64,000 nucleotides of DNA, from the NCBI GenBank assembly GCA_009602725.1, contig WELB01000007.1, forward strand, positions 1,072,336 through 1,136,335. Reading direction: 5' to 3'. The position numbers were made by a program, and so were the translations under genes. This DNA is from Spirogloea muscicola (Eukaryota). A model generated the notes under the pieces. It was not told where the DNA came from. It saw only the letters and a program-made list of their open reading frames with translations, and did not search any database. Positions within the stretch are counted from its first letter, which is position 1. Each line of letters begins with the position of its first letter. Below, piece by piece: positions 14,302 to 25,169 of this stretch.

Positions 14302-15063
14302 AGACCGCAGTCCTAATCCCTCGCGCTTCACTCACCCCACAGCAAATGTGGTCCTCAAATTTTCGCGCGGATTCTTGGCTTCTGCAACACCCTACCGCTT
14401 CTTGAGTGGCCAGTGCGAGCGAGAGTGGAAGGGCAATCGGAGCTCGTCAACTCTGAAGTCACTTTAATAGCAGCCGCGCTGCTAGTATTGGCGAGTCCAT
14501 GCTCTACCTCCACCCCCATGTGTACTTAATCAGGGCTGCAATGAAGGGCTCAGTGGCCAACTGGCTGCTTTGCAGTGCTGCAGCTGTCACTGGCTGCAGC
14601 TGTCAACCATAGCGCATGCTCTGCACAGAGCCTGCAGGTGCTCTCTGCCTGCGTTGGGTGATGAGGACAGTGCTTGGTTGTGGCAACTGCTCCTGCACGA
14701 ATGGACTGTAGCAGAGATGCTGGCTAAGGTAGCCAGTCCGCACAGAACTAGGATCTTGCATGTTCATACAACAGCTGACAGCTTGCACTTTGAAAAGGAG
14801 CCATGACTGCACTGAACACAATAATGAATGACGGTGTAAGTATCTGGTGCTAGACATAGAGGTTCAGAAACGTCAGTATCACACAGTCTTCGACTAGTAC
14901 CAGCTGGCTGCCCTTTCAAGCCACAAGCAAGCAAGCTAAAGGAGAGTGGCTATCATCACGGTCATCTAGTACTCAACATGATGGAGCCCACTGACAGGTC
15001 ATGCTGCCGCATGCATTTGTCACACGGCTGCTGGCATGAGCACCTCCTGATCAGCTGTGGGGG

Positions 15064-16393
15064 TCAGGACTGCTCTGGCTCAGACACCATATTGGTTGGC
15101 TCGCTCAATACGTAGTTCGGCAGGTCATATTTGGCTCCTGGGGACCACCAACAGAGCTACATTAGAGCAATCAACGCAACGTGCAGGGCTGACGATTTCA
15201 CCTACCTGCAGATTAAGTATCGCACTCATGCAATGCTTCACGCCCCTCCCCTTGTGCACGTCTTTGCGGCACAGGTGTGGGGCTGACTGGTGTCTCTCCT
15301 GACAAGAGACAATATTGCGAGCCGCACAGTCTGCAGCGGCCAGCTAGTGAGTGGGTGCTGGACATAGGCAGTAGGTACTGATGGCCAAGATGAGGTGGTG
15401 CTAATAGCATACCCCGCTCGTCGTAGCACGTGGAGAGGTCATCGTATGCCACGATGATGCCTGCGCTGTCAACAATGACCTGCGCGAGCTGGAGGTCTGC
15501 TTCGGCCGCAGCGCGGAGCGCGTCCCAAATCTCTGCAGGGGACATGGACAGTCAAATGTTGCCCACAATGCATGGGGCGCATGCAAGCCGCGTGCAAGGA
15601 GACTAGCTTCCAATCTCAAGATAGACAGACATGATTTTGCAGAAAGAACGAAAGCCTGCTGCCCAAGAAGGGCTGCCATGGTCTGAAGCTCGCCAAATCA
15701 ACTTGGCGTGAGCAAGCATTACGACAGTGTTGTGCGTGAGCAAGATGGGCCCTCGGAGGTGCTCGCTGGGATGTGCAGCATGCAGACGGTGCGGTCTGTC
15801 TCGACAATCAGCAAGGAGTCCATGGCTGACACTGGCAAAAGCAGAGGTGGCGTGTGAGTCTGCGGCGCTGACCTTTCTGGCCGCCATATGCGGGCGCCGT
15901 GTCCCAGAACTCGTCGCGCATGCGGTGGAGCTGGGCAGGCGTCAGCGGCTCGGGGCTCTTCCACGGCTTGGGCCGCTTCAGCTTCTTGCGCGGCCCGTCT
16001 GCAGGCCACGCCACCGCCGCTGCCCGCAGTCATCGTGGCCGTCGGTGGAGGCGTGCCGAGCTCAGCGCCAGAGCAGCAAGGGACGCCGCCGTCGCCGCCG
16101 CGGCCGCCGGAGCCTCTAGAGGCCCCGGCTGCGAGCGAGACCGAGGCGCGTCCAGCCTCCAGTACAAGAGCCACCGTAGCATTGCAAAGTGCGACACGTG
16201 TCACAGATGATGGCAGCGCCTGCCGCATTGGCGACCGGACCGTCGGGCCAGGCGGGCTGCGCTGTGTGGCACCCGCCCGGGAGACGGGAGACGGACCTCG
16301 AGCCTTGCCACCGGCGGCGCCGCCGTTGGCGCGGCCACCGCCGCCGACGTTGCCGTCGTCGTCGTCGTTGGTCTTGGAGCCGACGCAGCCCAT
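15064..16393 (-). CDS. Ubiquitin-domain-containing protein (UBTD/DC-UbP ubiquitin-binding domain), probably N-myristoylated
   Basis: MGCVGSK start; [46 protein letters not shown]; four exons. Confidence 0.88.
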
Positions 16394-16901
16394 GGCGCCG
16401 GCCGGAGCGCCCACGGCAGCGGGCCCGGCGAAGCCGCCGCCGCCGCCGCCCNNNNNNNNNNNNNNNNNNNNNNNNNNNNNNNNNNNNNNNNNNNNNNNNN
16501 NNNNNNNNNNNNNNNNNNNNNNNNNNNNNNNNNNNNNNNNNNNNNNNNNNNNNNNNNNNNNNNNNNNNNNNNNNNNNNNNNNNNNNNNNNNNNNNNNNNN
16601 NNNNNNNNNNNNNNNNNNNNNNNNNNNNNNNNNNNNNNNNNNNNNNNNNNNNNNNNNNNNNNNNNNNNNNNNNNNNNNNNNNNNNNNNNNNNNNNNNNNN
16701 NNNNNNNNNNNNNNNNNNNNNNNNNNNNNNNNNNNNNNNNNNNNNNNNNNNNNNNNNNNNNNNNNNNNNNNNNNNNNNNNNNNNNNNNNNNNNNNNNNNN
16801 NNNNNNNNNNNNNNNNNNNNNNNNNNNNNNNNNNNNNNNNNNNNNNNNNNNNNNNNNNNNNNNNNNNNNNNNNNNNNNNNNNNNNNNNNNNNNNNNNNNN
16901 N

Positions 16902-19342
16902 CGCCGCGCTTGCGCCGCGCTCGGCGCCGGCCTGCTAGCCGCGCCTCATGCCGCGGCATGATTTGCGCGGCGGCCGGAGCAGTCCTACCACCGCCGCCGC
17001 CCGCCGGCAGGGGAGCCGCGGGCGAGGAGACGGGGCGCGCCGACGTGCTGGCCTTCCTGGAGCGCCAGGCGAGCCCTCTCCCTGAGCCGCCCCCTCGTCA
17101 CCTCTCCGGCTGTCCTTGTGCCCTGTCTCTCGGTAGAGAGCTCGGCTACTGGCTCTGACATCAAACCCCTGTACTGGCTTTGGTACACATTACGCATATT
17201 TACATCTTATATATAAATGTTAACGACATTATACCACCTAATCTTTAAGCAACTTGGCGAGGTCTTGGATGACATGAGCACGCCCTCTGGTAGGACGCTC
17301 TCGACCTCCCTGGCCGAATGGGCGGCGCTCTGGAGGCCCTTCACATGCGGCCATTTGGCATACCTTGTAACAGCAGGGGCGCTGAGCTCCTATGGCGGCT
17401 ACTGGGCTTGGCAGGGGCTGCCAGTGGGGCTCTTTGAGGACCTGGCGCTGCCCTCGGACGTGGCCATCATGGAGGAGCGGCTAGAGTTCCTCCGGGAGCT
17501 CGGCGTTGACGTCGTTAGAGCTGCCCAGGACTTCCCGCCGCTCCTCGGCTGCAGCATCTCGCGGTACACACTGTCCCTGCATCGTGCCTGGCAATGCAGA
17601 GCAGACCTTCCACCAAAGCGTCACAGAGCTCGCGGGCTGTGTCTGAAGGCAACCTCTGACCGGCCATGCGCACTGTCAGGCGTGCAGAAATTTCATCCCT
17701 GTGCTTGACTACCTCGAGTCAATCCCCGTCAGCCGGGCGAGTCTGCCTTTGATTGTGCAGAAGTACCCCCGCATCCTGTACTCGAGTGTAGTTGTGGACC
17801 TGATGCCCGTCGTCAACTTCCTCCTTGGCCTCGGCGTCCAGAAGCTCAACCTCGAAAGAGTCCTCGCCTGCTACCCCAAGATCTTAGGTAGTCTTTGAGC
17901 ACTATAAGCATCTTCGTTGAGGCGAGTAGCTAAAGAGACTCATGGATTGGAGTGCGCGAGGCTGCATGGCTCCTGGCACAACCATGGGATTCTGATTGAC
18001 GTACCTTGTCTCTTCTCCATTTATGTCTGTCCATCTTTGAACAGCTCAGGTCAGTGCTAAAGTGGAGTTCTGTATTTCTACCTTCTTACCCTTCTACTGC
18101 ATTCTTCATCGCTGTACTGCAGGTTCTAAGCTGGAGGGGAATATGAGCACGGCGGTTGCCTACCTGGTGAGTGTTGGCGTGGCGCTGCGCTCAGTGGGCG
18201 GCATCGTCACCGAGTGCCCAGGTACCAGAGCCCAACAATTGCGCTGACCTCCTTGTACTCTGGAATTTGTTCTTGAGATAGTAAGCAAAGAGTGTTGCTT
18301 GCAGAGATCCTGGGCATGCCGGTCGGTGAGGACCTGCTGCCCAAGGTGGGATTTCTTGTTGGGCTTGGGATCACCAAGGAAAAGGTTGCCCAAATCATTG
18401 AGCGACAACCTCAAATACTCATGCTCCCATTGGAAACGCAACTCCGGCCAGCTGTGCAAGCGCTGCTGGAGGTGATGTACGAGGATGTTTGCATTCAACA
18501 GCCATTTAAGTAGACCTGAGCGACGCAAATTAGCCATCATCGTGAAACCCTGCACGTAACAGTTGCACCAAGCAGTGATAGGCTGTAGGTCAACGGGGCC
18601 TCTTCTTGGGTAATGACTTGATGCTATGAAGCTATGCGCTGCAATGAGTGTGCAATTTGTCATTGGGCTTGAGCTGTCTTTGCTCCACACTCCTTGTTCA
18701 CATCTATTCTTCTGTGGCAACCCCAGTGAGTGGGACAGTGGGTTCTGCTGTGTGCAATGGCAGGCTGGCGTGCAAGCAGACGCGGTTGGTGCAGTCATCG
18801 CCAAGTTTCCCGACCTCTTGGGACTGGCAATGAGCGAGGTGCTGGCATGCAAGGCCGCCTGGCTGGTCGCTGAAGTGGGCGTCCAAAAGAACCAGGTTGC
18901 ACAGGTGATAACAAGGCTACCGCAGCTTCTGGCGATCGATGAGGAGCATGCAAGGACCAAGATATCCTTCCTGGTAGAGCGGGGCTTTACAGCAGCGGAA
19001 GTGGCGGGTATGGTAGCGGCATGTCCTCAGATCCTAGGGCTGAGCATCACTGCATCGCTAGCTCCGCGCCTGGATTTCCTTGTGGACATCATGCGGCGGC
19101 CGCTGGCCGAGGCTGCCGAGTATCCGGCCTACTTCATGTTCAGCGTTGAACGGCTGCGCCAACGTTACGAAAAGGTCCAGGCAGCTGGCCTCAAGTGCAG
19201 CTTGCCCTGGATGCTGGGCTGCAGTGATGAGGCCTTCCTGGAGCTCGTTGCCCGAGAAGAGGTCATTGAAGGGCCCGCGTTTGTGGATTTTGTGGAAGGT
19301 CCAGTGGTCCCAAGCCCTGTGGCTGTTGATAGAAGACACTGA
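16902..19342 (+). CDS. mTERF protein, mTERF4/BSM/RUG2-like, start probably in gap
   Basis: LPSDVAIMEERLEFLRELG, PPLLGCS, SVVVDLMPVVNFLLGL and KLEGNMSTAVAYLVSVGV, followed by mTERF repeats. GC-AG intron at 17069-17414. Confidence 0.85.
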
Positions 19343-20124
19343 TTTTTCCATGCTGGCAGCTACTGTTCAGTTGCCTGCAATGTTAAGGTGCCTGTGTTGC
19401 TACTTGAGCTTGCGTTGCTTTGTCTTCAAGGGTTCAGGGTTTCGAACCCCTAAATCCTGAAAATCTCATGCGCTGTCATGTGCATGAGAGCGCATGAGAT
19501 TGCGCTCTCATATGCATGCATGAGAGTGCAATCTACAAACAACAGCTCCGGCTATATCTAAGTTCAATGAGCCGTTGCAACTTGAGTAAGAGCGACAGGC
19601 ACGAGTGTCACACGTATCGCTCTGCATGAGGTTGCCTGCCAAGCTCTTCTCGTGGTTTGCCTGAGTGTTCGAGGGCCCGAGGCAAATGCCGCCAACACTG
19701 TCCTTGAGGTACAACCGTGGTTTTGTGCAGCAACCTAGTACGTCACAACGAGGGCGATGCTGCAGCTGCGAGCACACCGGATTAAGTGTGTACTTGAGCT
19801 CGATATGCTCTGCTCTAGCAGCGTGTATTTGAGCTCTACATGCTCTGCTCTGGCATTGTGAGCAAATCAAAAGCATGGCAGATGCACAGCAGTGGAGTCA
19901 CAGACAAGCAAGTCAACTTGATGTAGTGAGGAGGGTGCCAGAGCAATGAAAGCAGTGCTGCAACCACAAGTCTGCTGTGCGCGGCAGATAAGTTTGAAAT
20001 ATGTTGCAGTGCCACAACAATACTTGTACATCTGAAGGAGAGGAAGCTGGGCGGGGCTCCTTAAGATACAATTGCTGGTGGCTGCTCCAACACAACCAGA
20101 GGCGTCGCCAGCGAGTGTCTCAGC

Positions 20125-20739
20125 TCAACCCCGGTTCTTCAGCTCCGCCAGCCGTCTCGTCAGGTCGTCCTCTGCAGACATTTCCGGCTCCTCCTTGACG
20201 GGGATCGAGTGCCGCGCAGCCTGTGGGAGGCCCACGGAGACTTCGAGGCCATGGTCGTCTGCCACCTGCTGCATGAGGGAGTTGACGTCGTCCTCGGGCG
20301 TGGACAGCGACGTGCTGCCCTGCATGGCGGTCTGGACGAACTGCGACTGCACCTCCATGTTGTCCGACTGCTTCTCAAACTGGTCCATGGTCTCGGAGAT
20401 CTTCTGGAGGTTGTTGGAGGCGAGCGCGGAGTCGAGGGCCTTGACGATGTTGCCCATGGACTTGGTGACGACGTTCATCTTGGCCTGCGAGTCGAGGCGC
20501 GCGACGACGGCGTCCAGGCGCGAGGCCAGGCGCAGGTAGTTGAGCTGCTCCGTGCGCTTGCGGATGGCGTTCTGGGCGTAGATGCGCGCGCCGTCCATGT
20601 TGCCCTTCTCGATCGCCCGCTTCACCTTGAGCTTCTCCTCCTTCTCCTCCTTCTCGCACTTCTTGGACTGCCGCACCAGCGACTTGGACGTGAAGCGCAG
20701 CTGGAAGATCTGCTCCAGCAGCTTCTCCTGGTTGCCCAT
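20125..20739 (-). CDS. VPS46: ESCRT-III-associated VPS46/CHMP1 (Snf7 family), intronless, 204 aa
   Basis: [19 protein letters not shown]...[29 protein letters not shown], ending in the C-terminal MIM1-type [11 protein letters not shown]. Confidence 0.95.
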   Translation of the reverse strand: MGNQEKLLEQIFQLRFTSKSLVRQSKKCEKEEKEEKLKVKRAIEKGNMDGARIYAQNAIRKRTEQLNYLRLASRLDAVVARLDSQAKMNVVTKSMGNIVKALDSALASNNLQKISETMDQFEKQSDNMEVQSQFVQTAMQGSTSLSTPEDDVNSLMQQVADDHGLEVSVGLPQAARHSIPVKEEPEMSAEDDLTRRLAELKNRG

Positions 20740-21102
20740 GGCCTCCGGCGCGGCGCTGCCGCGTCGGCCCACGGCGCCGCCCCGCTGCGCTGCGGAGCTC
20801 GGTCGCTCGGTCGCTCGAGACGGCTCCGAGCGCGCTCGCAGCAAAGCGCGCTTCCCACTGGAGCGCTGCAGCTGCGGTTCCCCCCGCCCTAGACGGCGCC
20901 CTCGGCGGCCCACCACAACGACGCCGCCTCCGGCCTCATCGCCNGCGCGAGCGCGAGCGAGCGCCGGCGCCGGCGCGCGGGGCGGCGGCAGCGTGGGGGC
21001 TGTGTCCGCGAAAGCGGCTGCTGGTATCGGCTGTACAAGCCAGCCGGGTGCCTATGCAGGGTGTTCATAATAATTGTCTCAGCAGAGACACAGGGTAGAA
21101 GG

Positions 21103-23870
21103 ATTTCGTGTATTTGAAACAAACGAAGGCCAAAAGGCCAAGTACAAAGGCAAGCACATCTTAGGACCTACATAAGAAGAAATGGCTCTTCCAATGAAAA
21201 ATTTCGTGTATTTGAAACAAACGAAGGTCAAATGGCCAAGTACAAAGGCAAGCACATCTTAAGACCTACATAACCTGCAGTAGATTGACCCGCTCAGAAA
21301 CCACGGGTCAAAACATAAAGGTCGCTAACCGATGCCTGGATACCAGATGGCAGATACGAAGCCCTTCTGCCACCAACTAGAGCTCGCCCAGCTTTCTGGT
21401 GCAAAGCATTAGCCTGAGCACGCTGCAAACAGGCCGAAACTCGTCGTCGCAACAACGACAGATAAGCAGCTGGCAAGCCCATCTCAGCCGGGAACACATC
21501 TGCATGTCGTGTGTAGCCTAGATTGGCTATGTTTTGAAGGAGAGTATGGGGGCAAGGGCTGTGAGAAGCCAGCCCGAAAAGAATTGACAACGTTCGAAGG
21601 GGCCAAAGTACGAGCTAAGCAGCGACTTCGGGGCCTGAAGAGGCTATGGCAGAACGGGGGAGGATACATAAACTACATAACCTACAGTAGATTGACCGGC
21701 TCAGTAACCAGTAACCAGACAGAGGCTAGAGAGGGAAGGCGCGCGGTCCGCATGATGAGAGAGAAACTGCTGCGGCCCTGGCGATGGATGTACACGGGGC
21801 TTTCGGCAGCCGCTGGCTGGATCTCCTTCAGCGGCTTGCCCGCCAGGCCATTGACCGGCGGCCGGGTCTGCCAGGAGCGACGCCCGGCTTCGACGCCCGC
21901 CGGTTCGCTCGCCCAAGTCTTCCGCATGCGCCTGGCGGTATCGCTTCAACGCTCCCTTGCGTGGGCGCGCAATTCTTCTCCCTTGCCCACGCCGTCCACA
22001 CGCGAGCAGGCCGTGCTATGGCCGCCGCCTCTGGGTCTCGGCGGAGTGCCTCTTTCCCTACAGCGAGCTACTCAGACCTGATGTTGCTCACTCGTGGGTA
22101 CTGAGCTTCCCTCCGCATCGTCTATGTGTTCTGCAGTGTTTTGTAGTGTAGTCCTTTTTCCGGCTCCTCTTTCTTTGGCTTCGGACATTGTCCATTCCAT
22201 TTTGGGCTGGCTTTGCCAGCCCCTCTTCTTTATGGGCGAGCACTTTCCTCCCAAAAAGAAGTGGCACTCCCAATGGGGGCAAGGGCTGTGAAAAGCCAGC
22301 CCGAAAAAGAATTGACAAAGGTTCGAAGGGGCCAAATGATGGAGGGGCCTAAATAGCGCTAAGCAGCTACTAAGGGGCCCAAAGAAAGGGCTCGCCCATT
22401 GAGAATGGGGGCTGGAAAAGCCAGCCCAAAAAAGAAGGAACAGAGTACGAGAAGGGGGCCAGGGGAAGCGCCAAGGAAATCAAGCACAACAAGAGACAAA
22501 GCAGCTACGTATTACTCAGTGACCCCTGCTAAGCAGCCTCAGGTCAGAGAAGCTAGGCTCCTGGAAGTGGGTCCCCTGGCCAGAGCCAGAGGCAGCAGCA
22601 AGGGCTCTGCCGGCACGCAGGTGCAGCGTGCGGGCCATAGACCTCTGCAGCGAGACGGCCCTTTTGCCACCAACTAGAGCTCGCCCAGCTTTCTGGTGCA
22701 AAGCATTAGCCTGAGCACGCTGCAAACAGGCCGAAACTCGTCGCAGCAAGAACGACTGACACGCAGTTGGCAAGCCCATCTCAGCCGGAAGCACATCTGC
22801 AAGTCGTGTGTAGCCTAAATTGGCAAAAGGAATGGACAAGGTCCAAATAGCCGAAAGGCGCCTTAACCACACAGCTATGACGAGACTATAGCAGATAGAA
22901 GCTTAGTAACCACGAGTGAGCAGCAGCAAGTCGGAGTAACTCGCACCTGGGGCAGTGGCGCCCCACCGAGACCCAGAAGCAGCAGCCATAGCGCGGCCTG
23001 CTCGCAAGTGCAGGATGAGAGGGTGGCCAATTCAAGCCAGAACACTGTTTGGGCAAAAACTACATCAAGTTGGAGCTACATGGATCGAAGCTCTACATAG
23101 TGTAGGTGGCTAAGGTAAGAGTGCGACTTTAGTACCCACGGGTGAGCACATCCAAATTCGACAAGCTAACTTGGGGAGCTGGAGCGCCGCCACGGAAGCG
23201 GGTGGCCTGACTTAGAGCGCGCCCAGCACGCTAATGAATAGCCAGAGCTTGCGAGCGCTGCAAGTCAAGCGAGAGTAGCATCCTGTCACATGCAACCAAT
23301 GCCTGCAGAATGCTACCCCAAGCTGCCCCCCCGGCTGCAACGATGCGCGTCAAATCAGTCGGGCCAGATGCTGGATGACCCTTTCATACTGTAGCCACTG
23401 TGAGATATTCATAGCACACAGATGGAAGTGGTCTATGCGGGGGTGGTTCTTGTAATGTCTCTTTCTTTTGTGATGCGCGCTGGACGTTGCACAGCCAGGC
23501 ACAGCAGAAGAACAGCTCTGCCAATCTACGTCAATGGCTGCGAGAAGCCAGCCTATATATTAGAACAAGGGTTGAAAGGGTTGAAAGGGGTTGAAATCAC
23601 ACACCAGGCACTGTTGACGTGGGTGCCACAGCTTTGCTTGCGTCAATGAGTACTATGTCCAGGAGCAGGCGAGGCCCACCGCTCCAGGGGGTGGCGACCA
23701 CGTCCAGATTCCGCAGGGAGTGAGATAGAAGGCGCGCGGTGCGCATGAATGGAAAGGATAAATGGAAAGGTTGGCCAATTTAAGCACATTGGCCAACCAT
23801 TTTGCGAAAGGGGGGGGGACGTGGGGAAAGAAGTGGCACTCCCAATGGGGGCAAGGGCTGTGAGGCGCCG
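21103..23870. mobile_element. Cluster of nested, 5'-truncated RLE non-LTR (CRE-like) retrotransposon 3' ends, both orientations
   Basis: RLE C-terminal peptides: LAMDVHGAFGSRWLDLLQRLA..RMRLAVSLQRS..RGY* on + at ~21778-22104, and RRVSACLQRAQANALH on - at ~21370-21530 and ~22665-22825. Shared 3' UTR hairpins GGGCTGGC..CAGCCC. Matches copies at 41-42, 44.8-45.4 and 58-61.5 kb. Confidence 0.8.
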
Positions 23871-24088
23871 GCCCTCGTCGAAGCAGCCAGCGGCTCGCTT
23901 CCCACCGGGGACCCCGCCGTCTCGACTGGTGGCCGGGGTGGCGGCGGTCGGAGCGGGCGAACGTATGGCGCCACGTGGTGTCGGCCAAGTGGCTCGCCGG
24001 CTCACCCCCCCGCGCCGCATCGGGCCTGCGCCCGCGCACTTGCCGTTGCGGCGAGCTAATCGATCTCCCCCTCCCCCCCCCGCTCGCC

Positions 24089-25169
24089 ATGGCGGCCCCA
24101 GTGGGCCTCGCCGCCACGCCGGCGCTCGCCGGCTGCGGGCCTGCCTTGCCGGCTCGGCGCAGCTCGGGCCGCTGTGAGGGCTCCTGGCAGCCCCTTCCAG
24201 GGCCTCTGGTTGCCCGGGAGCGCGGCGCGTCTGTCTGGCTCTCGCAGCCGAGCTCCGTCGAGGTGGAGGCCTCTCAATATAGTCGCCAAGTCTAACAATG
24301 AGAGGGGTAAGCTCCAATGTGGCTCAAACCCAAGCAATATGCATCTCATTTGTTGTCCACGAACGCGCCATCTTTCATTTGCTACATGAGCACAGCTGAC
24401 AATAGCTCTGCTGCTATTGACGTCATCGCAGTCCTGGACTTGGCCGTTCGAGTTGGCAAGGAGGGCCTCAATGGAGTAACGAAGCTTGTTCCAGTGCGTA
24501 AGGCAGCTCTAAGGCCTCTAGAGTCTGGGCAGTCTGTGCAGGTAGTGCATGAAGATGGCGCCATGAATAGCACTTCTAGCCGCAGGTTATTTCTGTATAG
24601 TGACTTGAGGCCTCTAGCCGCAGGGCTCCACATTTGAGGCCATCGTGGCATGCTGAAGGCTTGTCTCGACAATTACTGCAGGCTTCAATTCCGCGACCAA
24701 TTGCTACAGCAGGGGTTGCGGTCGTTGGACTCTTCCTAATATCGTCCATCCTGAGGACTGTCTTCTCGACGTTCTTCTTTATTGCTGTAAGGATCACTAC
24801 CCTCTTATGCCAGGGACTGCAGCTTTACAGCAGTGGCCATGTGCTTTCAATATCAAAGTATAGAATGCACTGTTAACAACCAGAGTGCCTGACAGCTTCA
24901 GCCATGGGCCTTAGATGCAAGGTATAAATTGCATACTGTGACGAAGGCAGACAATGTCATTGCACTGATTGTTGCATCGTCACTGAGCCCTGGATTGGCT
25001 TCTCTATCAGTTGCTTGGTGGTGCTGGATACCTTGGTTTCCTCTACTTCACACAAGGTAGTGGGAACGGTACTGACGACAGTGATAGCTCAAGTGGAGAC
25101 GGTGGCTCAGGCTCAGGCTCAGGCAATGCTCTTGACGAGGCTCGTCGCATCATGGACAAGTACAAGTAG
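24089..25169 (+). CDS. Small conserved plant-type membrane protein, probably plastid-targeted, function unknown
   Basis: Ala/Arg/Ser-rich N-terminus; exons VLDLAVRVGKEGLNGVTKLVP / ASIPRPIATAGVAVVGLFLISSILRTVFSTFFFIA / LLGGAGYLGFLYF..ALDEARRIMDKYK*, with GT-AG borders. Confidence 0.7.

Noticed and set aside
22258..22340. Self-cleaving ribozyme or tRNA in the hairpin repeat
   Set aside because: I could not identify a hammerhead core, HDV-like double pseudoknot or tRNA A/B boxes by eye, and it lies at the element's 3' end. A covariance-model search would be needed to exclude this fully.
21103..23870. CRISPR-like array or satellite
   Set aside because: The repeats are irregular in spacing, length and orientation, are explained as retroelement ends, and no cas genes are present.
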